This document shows positions 25,650 through 32,107 of a stretch of 38,356 nt of DNA, piece by piece (position 1 is the stretch's first letter; each line of letters begins with the position of its first letter). Both the position numbers and the translations under genes were made by a program. The DNA lies in contig DAOWET010000216.1 of NCBI GenBank assembly GCA_030638335.1, positions 1 to 38,356 on the forward strand. Direction: 5' to 3'. The stretch is from Nitrospirota bacterium (GTDB taxonomy: Bacteria; Nitrospirota; Thermodesulfovibrionia; Thermodesulfovibrionales; JdFR-86). A model generated the notes under the pieces. That model saw only the letters and a program-made list of their open reading frames with translations. It was not told where the DNA came from and ran no database searches.

Positions 25650-26261
25650 ATGAAGGTGAAAATATTTGTAGACTTCTGGAATCTCCAATTAGCGTGGAAT
25701 GAATACCATAGAGGAATCGGAGCCACTGCCCCTGTCAGAATACCTTGGAGAGATAAATTACCCAAAACTCTCCTAGAAAAGGTTGGAAATGATTCAGAAT
25801 ATGCTGGGACACATGTATATGCATCCATTAACCCAAAAAGTGAAGCTGATAGAAAACTAAATAGTTTCTTGCAAATAATGAACACTTTTGAGGGATATAC
25901 CGTAATTGTAAAAAAGAGAAAACCAGCTAAAACCATTAAATGCCCTAATGATGGGTGTCGTAGAAAAATCGAGACATGCCCTCACTGCTCTAAAGAACTG
26001 ATAAGAACCGTTGAGAAAGGTGTTGATACATCTATCGCAATAGAGCTTTTTCACTATGCACTGGATAACGTGTATGACAAAGCTATTCTTCTTTCTGATG
26101 ATGCTGATTTCGTCCCTGCTGTGGAATATATTCAACGAAGAGGCAATCAGATAATCCATGCTGGTTTTAAAAATAAGGCATTTGAGATAAAAAAGGCATG
26201 CTGGTCTCATGTGGACTTTGAAGATATAATGCCAGATCTTCTCAACTCTGGCACCGGATAG
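25650..26261 (+). CDS. NYN-domain (LabA-like PIN-fold) nuclease with an inserted four-Cys zinc ribbon
   Basis: The ATG at 25650 lies 9 nt after GGAGG. Acidic NYN motifs are KIFVDFWN, VEKGVDTSIAIEL and LLSDDADFVPAVEY. The insert is CPNDGCRRKIETCPHC. Codon usage is AT-rich, unlike the neighbouring genes. Confidence 0.8.
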   Translation: MKVKIFVDFWNLQLAWNEYHRGIGATAPVRIPWRDKLPKTLLEKVGNDSEYAGTHVYASINPKSEADRKLNSFLQIMNTFEGYTVIVKKRKPAKTIKCPNDGCRRKIETCPHCSKELIRTVEKGVDTSIAIELFHYALDNVYDKAILLSDDADFVPAVEYIQRRGNQIIHAGFKNKAFEIKKACWSHVDFEDIMPDLLNSGTG

Positions 26262-26332
26262 ATCCCTTTCATAGCATAAGCACTAAAGCATAATTATCGT
26301 GCCAACTTTTTTTCAAAATGATCCACAACCAG

Positions 26333-26381
26333 AAAGCACAGGAGACCCATGGCTCCATTTACAGAGGGGTCCATGACCCCG
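26333..26381. repeat. right copy of the imperfect direct repeat flanking the NYN gene
   Basis: gaaagcacaggagacccatggctccatttacagaggggtccatgacccc, lying 72 nt after the NYN stop. Confidence 0.7.
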
Positions 26382-26535
26382 GAAGTGCCTGTATTTCCAC
26401 ATATTATAAAAGCGTCACTTCAGGTATTATGCCCCACATGGTTAAAAACTATACATTTTATAAAAAATAGTGCATAATAAACATTCCTGAAGGCTCCGGG
26501 TTCTCCGGGAGTGTCGGGACCTTCCGAAAAGGCAG

Positions 26536-26604
26536 GTCCCTCCCCGCCAATAAGCGGGGAGGGACGAAGGAAGGAGTAAGAGAAGGGGACGGACATCCCC
26601 TTCT
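26536..26604 (-). terminator. tandem hairpins after the MNT-like gene
   Basis: Minus strand: AGAAGGGGA-tgtccg-TCCCCTTCT sits immediately after the stop. It is followed by GTCCCTCCCCGC-ttattg-GCGGGGAGGGAC (12-bp perfect stem, 26536-26565) and then CTGCCTTTTCGG. Confidence 0.6.
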
Positions 26605-27027
26605 CTAGAAGCCCATCTCATCCTCTAGCATGTCAAGGACTATCTCACTTGCGACCTCTGATCCAAGCCCATAGCCAAGAGCGATCCGGTCATCAAATGA
26701 GTTCATGGCCTTGCGCTCGAACATGACCCTGTGCGCCATGTTACGCTCGTGCACCACGCTGCCGCAACGTGCGACATGGTGGCGAAGGCCCATAGAGGCG
26801 GTGTCCAGACAAACCACGTCCAGAACGTCCTCACAATGCACCCTGCAGTCCAGTTCCAGAGACTGCAGTGCCAAGGGGTCGCGCATGCTTGAAAGCACAC
26901 CAACCCCGTAGTTCAACCCCGAATACTCCCCATTGCTCAGTCCGCCGTAAACATAAAGCGCTGACACATCTTGCCTCTTCCTGAAGTAACCAACCACACG
27001 TTTCAGGTCACGGTTGAGCTGTTCCAT
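26605..27027 (-). CDS. degenerate MNT-like (minimal nucleotidyltransferase fold) protein, probably catalytically inactive
   Basis: The ATG at 27027 follows AGGAGGGG. The layout LYVYGGLSNGEYSGLNYGVGVL ... DVVCLD resembles the MNT pattern hFGSxARGExxxxSDhDhhV ... hDhh. However, GS becomes GG and the DxD carboxylates become G and N. Confidence 0.5.
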   Translation of the reverse strand: MEQLNRDLKRVVGYFRKRQDVSALYVYGGLSNGEYSGLNYGVGVLSSMRDPLALQSLELDCRVHCEDVLDVVCLDTASMGLRHHVARCGSVVHERNMAHRVMFERKAMNSFDDRIALGYGLGSEVASEIVLDMLEDEMGF

Positions 27028-27107
27028 TAAACCCCTCCTGAAGTTATGCCGCGCACGCTGGCATACTCTGCGATATGTACTCCCCATTCATACGTGCATA
27101 TGGTATG

Positions 27108-27141
27108 AGAACAAAATCGCCCCTGGGAACCCCCAAGGGCG
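27108..27141 (-). terminator. rho-independent terminator ~245 nt downstream of the nrdJ stop
   Basis: Minus strand reads CGCCCTTGGG-GGTT-CCCAGGGGCG (10 bp, one G-U pair) followed by ATTTTGTTCTC. Confidence 0.7.
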
Positions 27142-27385
27142 GAATTATACGGTCTGGTCATGACACGAAGCATGGAGGTAAAAAGGGCGCTCATTCCCCG
27201 GCCTGCCCGGCCAGGGACACCATGAAATGCCGCTTCAGTTCCGCTACTCCGGTAAACCACGCCCCCTCCAAACCATAGTCTTACCTTTTTACGTCAAAAC
27301 TCCACAATCGTTTCCTGCATCAGTATCTCCGGCAGAACGGTCCTGTTCACAAGGCTTCCCCCCCCACTCCAGAGATACGTTTGTA

Positions 27386-29713
27386 CTAGCCGCATTTCGT
27401 ATACCCGCAGTCATGGCAGACAGCGCATCCGCCCTCGTGCTCCACAATTCCACCGCACTCGATACACGCGCCAACCATCATGATCTCGGTGTCATGGACG
27501 ACCTTGTCGCCATTGCCGTTTCCATTGTCCCCGTTGCCATTGCCGCCTTTGCGGGCTTCCTGTACAGCAGGGGCGGCAGGCGTCTTGGTGTGTACACTGC
27601 AGTGGCTCTCCAGGGCCTTTGCCACGGCGTCGGCGCAGGAAAGTATCCTGCCGCCCGCGCCCCAGGCGGGCTGGTGGCATGAGATGCCCTTTAATTGATG
27701 CACGATCACTTCCCTCTCTATATCAGAGCGCAAAGCCAGGGAGATCATGCGCCCAAGGGCCTCGCTCTGGCTTGAAGCACACCCTCCGGCCTTGCCCATG
27801 GAGGTGAAAAGCTCGAACACGTTGCCGTTTTCGTCCTCATTGACCGTGACGTAGAACTTCCCGCACCCCGTGTTCACCATACACGTGGAACCGTTGATCC
27901 TCTCCGGACGCTCGCGCGGCGTGATGAACTTCTGTCCCGGCTGCTCGCCCTTTGCGGAAGAACCGGTAGAGCCTGTTGTGAGCACCTGCTCGTCGCGGGA
28001 ACCGTCGCGGTAGACGGTCACGCCCTTGCAGCCCATGCGGTAGGCCATGAGGTATACGTCCTCAACGTCACCCTTGGTGGCGCTGTGGGAGAAGTTCACG
28101 GTCTTTGAGACCGCGTTGTCCGTGTAGCGCTGGAATGCCGCCTGCATGCTCACGTGCTCCACGGGGGAGATATCGTGCGCAGTGACGAAAAGGCGCTGAA
28201 CGTCCTCGGGCACCTCGTCGAACCCGTGCACGCTTCCAGCCTCGGCAATGCGCTCCATGAGCTCCTGGCTCCAGAAACCGCGGTCCCGGGCCACGCGCTC
28301 AAACAGCGGGTTCACCTCCACAAGCCGGGTGCCGTCCATCACGGTGCGGACATAAGAGATCGCAAATATCGGCTCAACACCGGAGGAACAGGCCGCCAGG
28401 ATGCTCAAGGTGCCCGTTGGTGCGATGGTCGTGACCGTTGCGTTTCTGATCTCCATGTTGCCGTCGAACACGCTGCCCTCGTAGTTGGGGAACACGCCCC
28501 TTTCCTCGGCGAGCTTTGCGGAAGATTTAAACCCCTCGGTCTGGACAAAACCCATAACCTCTTCGGCCACACGCACGGCCTCGGCTGAGTTGTAGGAGAT
28601 ACCAAGCTTGATGAGCATGTCCGCCCATCCCATGACGCCAAGGCCTATCTTGCGGTTGCTCTTGGTGGTCTTGTCGATCTGCTCAAGCGGATACTTGTTT
28701 GCGTCTATGACGTTGTCAAGGAAGTGCACCGCCCCGTGCACCGTGGTGCGGAGCTTGTTCCAGTCAACAATGGACACGCCCTCGTCCACCTTCACCATCT
28801 GGGAGAGGTTTATTGAGCCCAGGTTGCATGACTCAAAGGGCAGAAGCGGCTGCTCGCCGCAGGGGTTGGTGGACTCGATCATTCCAATATGAGGCGTGGG
28901 GTTGTGCTTGTTGATCCTGTCAATAAATACAATGCCCGGCTCGCCGTTCTTCCATGCGTGGGTCACCACCTTGCGGAGCACGTCCTTTGCACGCAGAGTG
29001 CCCACGGTCTCCCTTGTGCGGGGGCTCCTGAGGTTGTACACGGTGTCCTGCTCCACAGCGCTCATGAACTCGTCCGTGAGGGCCACGGATATATTGAAGT
29101 TATTGAGCTTGGCGTTGTCTTCCTTGCAGGTGATGAAGCCAAGGATGTCGGGGTGGTCCACGGAGAGCATCCCCATGTTGGCCCCGCGCCTGGTGCCGCC
29201 CTGCTTCACGGCCTCGGTGGCCGTGTCGAAAACCGTCATGAAGGAGACGGGACCGGAGGACACGCCCTTTGTGGAGCCCACGATGTCGCCGTTGGGCCTG
29301 AGGCGGGAGAAGGAGAAACCGGTGCCGCCGCCTGATTTATGTATGATGGCAGCATTCTTTACGGCGTCGAATATGCTCTCCATGGAGTCTTCCACCGGGA
29401 GCACGAAACACGCGCTAAGCTGTCCCAGTTCCCGGCCCGCGTTCATGAGAGTTGGGCTGTTGGGCAGGAAATCAAGAGAGGTCATCATGTCATAGAAGGA
29501 TTCTTCGACCTTCTGGACCTCGGCGTCACTTGCGCCAAAGGCCCGGTCAGAGTCGGCAATGCAAGCGGCGACCCGGCGAAAAAGATCCTCCGGGGTCTCA
29601 ACGGGCTCTCCGTTGTCACCTTTTTTCAGGTAACGCCTCTCAAGGACCTTGAGTGCGTTTGAAGAGATATTAAGTTCAGATGCCGCCTTGCTCTCAGATG
29701 CCGCCTTGCTCAT
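27386..29713 (-). CDS. nrdJ: class II (adenosylcobalamin-dependent) ribonucleotide reductase
   Basis: Catalytic loop STNPCGEQPL, plus TTIAPTGTLS. C-terminal Cys-rich tail CIECGGIVEHEGGCAVCHDCGYTKCG. The start is reassigned to ATG 29713, 8 nt after AAGGAGG, because the ATG at 29734 overlaps that RBS. Confidence 0.92.
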   Translation of the reverse strand: MSKAASESKAASELNISSNALKVLERRYLKKGDNGEPVETPEDLFRRVAACIADSDRAFGASDAEVQKVEESFYDMMTSLDFLPNSPTLMNAGRELGQLSACFVLPVEDSMESIFDAVKNAAIIHKSGGGTGFSFSRLRPNGDIVGSTKGVSSGPVSFMTVFDTATEAVKQGGTRRGANMGMLSVDHPDILGFITCKEDNAKLNNFNISVALTDEFMSAVEQDTVYNLRSPRTRETVGTLRAKDVLRKVVTHAWKNGEPGIVFIDRINKHNPTPHIGMIESTNPCGEQPLLPFESCNLGSINLSQMVKVDEGVSIVDWNKLRTTVHGAVHFLDNVIDANKYPLEQIDKTTKSNRKIGLGVMGWADMLIKLGISYNSAEAVRVAEEVMGFVQTEGFKSSAKLAEERGVFPNYEGSVFDGNMEIRNATVTTIAPTGTLSILAACSSGVEPIFAISYVRTVMDGTRLVEVNPLFERVARDRGFWSQELMERIAEAGSVHGFDEVPEDVQRLFVTAHDISPVEHVSMQAAFQRYTDNAVSKTVNFSHSATKGDVEDVYLMAYRMGCKGVTVYRDGSRDEQVLTTGSTGSSAKGEQPGQKFITPRERPERINGSTCMVNTGCGKFYVTVNEDENGNVFELFTSMGKAGGCASSQSEALGRMISLALRSDIEREVIVHQLKGISCHQPAWGAGGRILSCADAVAKALESHCSVHTKTPAAPAVQEARKGGNGNGDNGNGNGDKVVHDTEIMMVGACIECGGIVEHEGGCAVCHDCGYTKCG

Positions 29714-30043
29714 TAATAATTTCCTCCTTGCCAAATAAAATGTATTTACTAGTGCTTTAAGTCCAGAACGCCCCCCAGTCCCTCGCCCCTTGCCGGTGCT
29801 TCAGCAGAGGCGTTGAGCCTGGCGGACAGTTCCACCATTACGTCTATTTCATTACCTTCGATAGGACAGCTGGTGCCGCAAAGATTACTGCAGCTTATAC
29901 ACTCAAACCAGTTCTGTATCCCCCGGCAACCTTCCATCTTTCCCCCTGTGCTACGCCAAAGAGGCCCTGCCAGCCGTTCTACAAAACCCCTTTGCTCCTT
30001 AGTTTTCCCCGGGATCCGATAAATTGTGCCAGATCCTTTGTTC
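29714..30043 (-). promoter_or_regulatory. long (~330 nt) nrdJ 5' leader
   Basis: This is the interval between the predicted transcription start (about 7 nt below the -10 at 30050-30055) and the nrdJ ATG. I could not match it to any riboswitch class. Confidence 0.5.
30014..30029 (-). promoter_or_regulatory. weak second NrdR-box-like site
   Basis: Minus strand GCACAATTTATCGGAT matches the consensus acaCwAtATaTwGtgt at 11/16. Its start lies 42 bp, about four helical turns, from box 1. Confidence 0.3.
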
Positions 30044-30049
30044 CATGAC

Positions 30050-30078
30050 ATTTAACCACAATATCTTGTGTATGTCAA
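30050..30078 (-). promoter_or_regulatory. nrdJ sigma70 promoter
   Basis: Minus strand reads TTGACA (30078-30073), a 17-nt spacer, then TTAAAT (30055-30050). Confidence 0.7.
30056..30071 (-). promoter_or_regulatory. NrdR box filling the promoter spacer
   Basis: Minus strand ACACAAGATATTGTGG matches the NrdR-box consensus acaCwAtATaTwGtgt (as I recall it) at 14/16. It occupies 16 of the 17 spacer nucleotides. Confidence 0.6.
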
Positions 30079-30371
30079 GGGGAAACTGAGTTCTACACAA
30101 CTGCATGCCATACAAGGGTTTTTCCAGTGAAATACCTGTCAGTAAAATGTAAGGCAATGTTAGTAACTTTTGATGTGTTGCCAGCAGGCTTTTTTATTAT
30201 TTTTCAAGCGGCTTGAGCGTCATACTAAAAGTGGCGGTTGAACGGGAAAAGCAGGGCATGAGACCCCTTGTAACACGCTCCAGATCTCCTGTTTCAAAGC
30301 TCGCGCAGCCTTCCATATCATTAGTATGCGCAAAGGTGTGCCACCACAAGATATTGAGTCTGCAAAGAAGG

Positions 30372-31814
30372 CTATTCGTGGAAGACATCTGCGGTAAAGC
30401 GGTATATGGTGGCCCCCTGGCGCCAGGCATCGGGGGGCAGGCCGGCCTTCATGCTGAGTTGCCGAAGAAAGGTGTCCCTGTCCCATCCCTGCTGCACCGG
30501 GACCTGCGGCAGAAGCAGCCCGGAGCGTCCGGACTTTGACAGGAGCAACCCGTGGCGGCCCACCTCTATCTCCTCGATGCCGCCCACGGGGGTCAGGTGG
30601 GAAAGTATGGATATCTCAAGAGCCATGTCCTTGAGCTCATGGGGGGACATGGGAGGGAACCTGTGGTCTTTGGAGCTTGCCTTTACCGCATTGTCCACAA
30701 CGGAATCAATCAGGGGGCGCCAGGCCCGCACGTCCCCGATACATCCCCGGAGCCTGCCGTGGGTGTTTATGGTCACAAAGACTGCCCCGTCAGCCTCAAA
30801 GCGCTGGTCCACAATATCGCGCCCAGGCACCTTGCGGTCCATAACATATGAGGTGACCGTCTCCCGCGCTATACGCAGAAGCTCCCTGCGGCCCTCCTGG
30901 TCAAGCGGGTCCACAAACAGCCCGGCCGATACATAGCCCACAACCCGTCCACGGTCTCCGGTCACATCACCCGAGTTAGCCGAGGCATAGACCTCCGCGC
31001 GGTTGGCCCCCACCCGGCGGGAGGCCTCAAGGGAGACAAGCACCGCGCTTGAGCCGCACATCTCCGCCTCGCCGGCGCTTGTGAGCCTGAGGGACTCCTG
31101 CACAGAGAGCCTCCTTATGGCGTCTATCATCTTTTTATCCATTTCCTTTGCAGTGGCGTAGTCATGGTAGTGCGAGAGGTCGGTGCTGGCTATTATGAGG
31201 ACGTCCTGGCGTGAGGCCAGATGGCTGAGCCCTGCGGCAAGGTGCTCAAAAACATCCCTGTCGATCTGGCCCAATAATATTGGCACTACCTTGAACCCGT
31301 GAGCAAGAGTCACCTGCAAAAAGGGCAGTTGCACCTCAAGGGAATGCTCCATCTCAAAGGCCTTAGGGTAAATACGCACCCCGGCCTTCTCATCGATTAA
31401 CGCGCGCACGGCACTCTCGTCAATGCGTACGTTGCCAAGCGGTGTGGCAAGGCTTCCCTCCGCGAGCACTGCCGCGCCTCTAAAACTCTCCCTGTGGCTT
31501 GAGCCGATAAGGACCACTGTACTGTAGCGTCTGCCCTCAAGCTGCCTGTAACCCGCGGCCGCCACCTGGCCGGAGTAGATATATCCGGCATGGGGGGAGA
31601 TAAGCGTTACGAGCCTTCCGCTATGTGGGCTGGGCTCGGCCCTGGCAAGCATTGCCTTTACATCCAAGCGGAGGCGGGCAGCCTCTAAAGGATAGAATGA
31701 GCCAGCCACTGCGGGGGGTTTTACAGGCCCCTCTTGGCATCCGGAGATACCGGCCATCATTAAAAGGGAGAACAGGGCACAGAGCGCTGCAAGGCCTTGC
31801 CACAATGGCCTCAA
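30372..31814 (-). CDS. exported fusion of a Memo-like domain (AmmeMemoRadiSam protein B) and an AMMECR1 domain (protein A)
   Basis: Lipoprotein-type signal LLMMAGISGC. Memo motifs AGSFYP and SPHAGYIYSG. C-terminal AMMECR1 motif VFVTINTHGRLRGCIGDV. The TTG start lies 8 nt after GGAGG. Confidence 0.85.
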   Translation of the reverse strand: MRPLWQGLAALCALFSLLMMAGISGCQEGPVKPPAVAGSFYPLEAARLRLDVKAMLARAEPSPHSGRLVTLISPHAGYIYSGQVAAAGYRQLEGRRYSTVVLIGSSHRESFRGAAVLAEGSLATPLGNVRIDESAVRALIDEKAGVRIYPKAFEMEHSLEVQLPFLQVTLAHGFKVVPILLGQIDRDVFEHLAAGLSHLASRQDVLIIASTDLSHYHDYATAKEMDKKMIDAIRRLSVQESLRLTSAGEAEMCGSSAVLVSLEASRRVGANRAEVYASANSGDVTGDRGRVVGYVSAGLFVDPLDQEGRRELLRIARETVTSYVMDRKVPGRDIVDQRFEADGAVFVTINTHGRLRGCIGDVRAWRPLIDSVVDNAVKASSKDHRFPPMSPHELKDMALEISILSHLTPVGGIEEIEVGRHGLLLSKSGRSGLLLPQVPVQQGWDRDTFLRQLSMKAGLPPDAWRQGATIYRFTADVFHE

Positions 31815-31951
31815 CTGTCAAGCCTCCGGTAATAACGGGCTCTCTTGAGCCCGCCTTTTATCTGACGAGCCACAGGGCCAAGCAGCCTCCTTCTAAAAAT
31901 GCCCGCTAATCCGCCCATGAGAAAAAAACCTATGAAATAGCGCCTTCGCAT
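31811..31951 (-). CDS. candidate 46-aa single-TM basic peptide, translationally coupled to the Memo-AMMECR1 gene
   Basis: MRRRYFIGFFLMGGLAGIFRRRLLGPVARQIKGGLKRARYYRRLDS. Its TGA stop overlaps the downstream TTG start (TTGA). The ATG lies 6 nt after an extended -10 element, so it would be leaderless. It falls below the ORF-track cut-off. Confidence 0.4.
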   Translation of the reverse strand: MRRRYFIGFFLMGGLAGIFRRRLLGPVARQIKGGLKRARYYRRLDS

Positions 31952-31957
31952 AATTCT

Positions 31958-31966
31958 ATTATATCA
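31958..31966 (-). promoter_or_regulatory. extended -10 element (TGaTATAAT)
   Basis: Minus strand TGATATAAT, then 6 nt, then the ATG at 31951. Confidence 0.45.
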
Positions 31967-32039
31967 AAACATACGCTGCGGCACACTTGCCGGCAATCAC
32001 CCACCTGCCCGGTCAAATTGGCCGCATGGCGGAAATTTT

Positions 32040-32048
32040 TGTTATAAT
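32040..32048 (+). promoter_or_regulatory. extended -10 element (TGtTATAAT) for the sigma54-activator operon
   Basis: TGTTATAAT lies 60 nt upstream of the ATG at 32108. A possible -35 TTGGCC sits at 32018-32023 with a 19-nt spacer. Confidence 0.45.
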
Positions 32049-32107
32049 ATAAATGTCTATTGTAGATTGCAGGTTGCAGACTTCTGGCAAAAAGAAAGGT
32101 GGGTGTC

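Noticed and set aside
25341-26600. Possible replication origin next to mnmG (gidA), as in E. coli.
   Set aside because: I found only one good DnaA-box-like 9-mer (TGATCCACA, 26319-26327, 8/9) and a 7/9 site (26393-26401). There is no box cluster or AT-rich 13-mer array, and most of the AT-rich DNA is the NYN coding sequence.
27144-27149. A perfect TATAAT on the minus strand upstream of the MNT-like gene.
   Set aside because: It sits 2 nt from the stem of the 27108-27141 terminator and has no acceptable -35. A transcript from it would start inside the terminator hairpin.
29714-30043. Possible cobalamin riboswitch, or ZTP, purine or c-di-GMP riboswitch, in the nrdJ leader.
   Set aside because: I looked for the B12 box (AGYCMGgAgaCCkGCc-like), the GCCACTG motif, the GGTG.AA.TCC motif and the ZTP CCGCCTGGGC pseudoknot element. 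I found only weak partial resemblances (GGTGGAACTGTCCGCCAGGC), which are not enough to call. A covariance-model scan is needed.
29749-30051. A 100-aa Cys-containing ORF in the nrdJ upstream region.
   Set aside because: Its ATG overlaps the -10 hexamer of the only good promoter, so it would not be on the transcript. It has no SD sequence, no third-position GC bias like the neighbouring genes, and no recognisable family. I treat the region as a 5' leader.
30204-30245. A possible fourth, degenerate copy of the 46-bp repeat (tcaagcggctt...gtggcggttgaacgg).
   Set aside because: Only an 11-nt exact match plus loose similarity supports it. That is too weak to distinguish from chance without a genome-wide model.
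30330-30343. A sigma54-type -24/-12 element on the minus strand (TGGCACACCTTTGC).
   Set aside because: The GG-to-GC spacing is one nucleotide short of the strict TGGCAC-N5-TTGC geometry. No gene lies downstream before the nrdJ sigma70 promoter.
31838-31856. The hairpin CGGGCTC-TCTT-GAGCCCG followed by CCTTTTAT, resembling a plus-strand terminator.
   Set aside because: No plus-strand transcript needs terminating here. The hairpin lies inside the candidate 46-codon minus-strand ORF and the leader of the Memo-AMMECR1 gene. I note it only as a possible regulatory stem.
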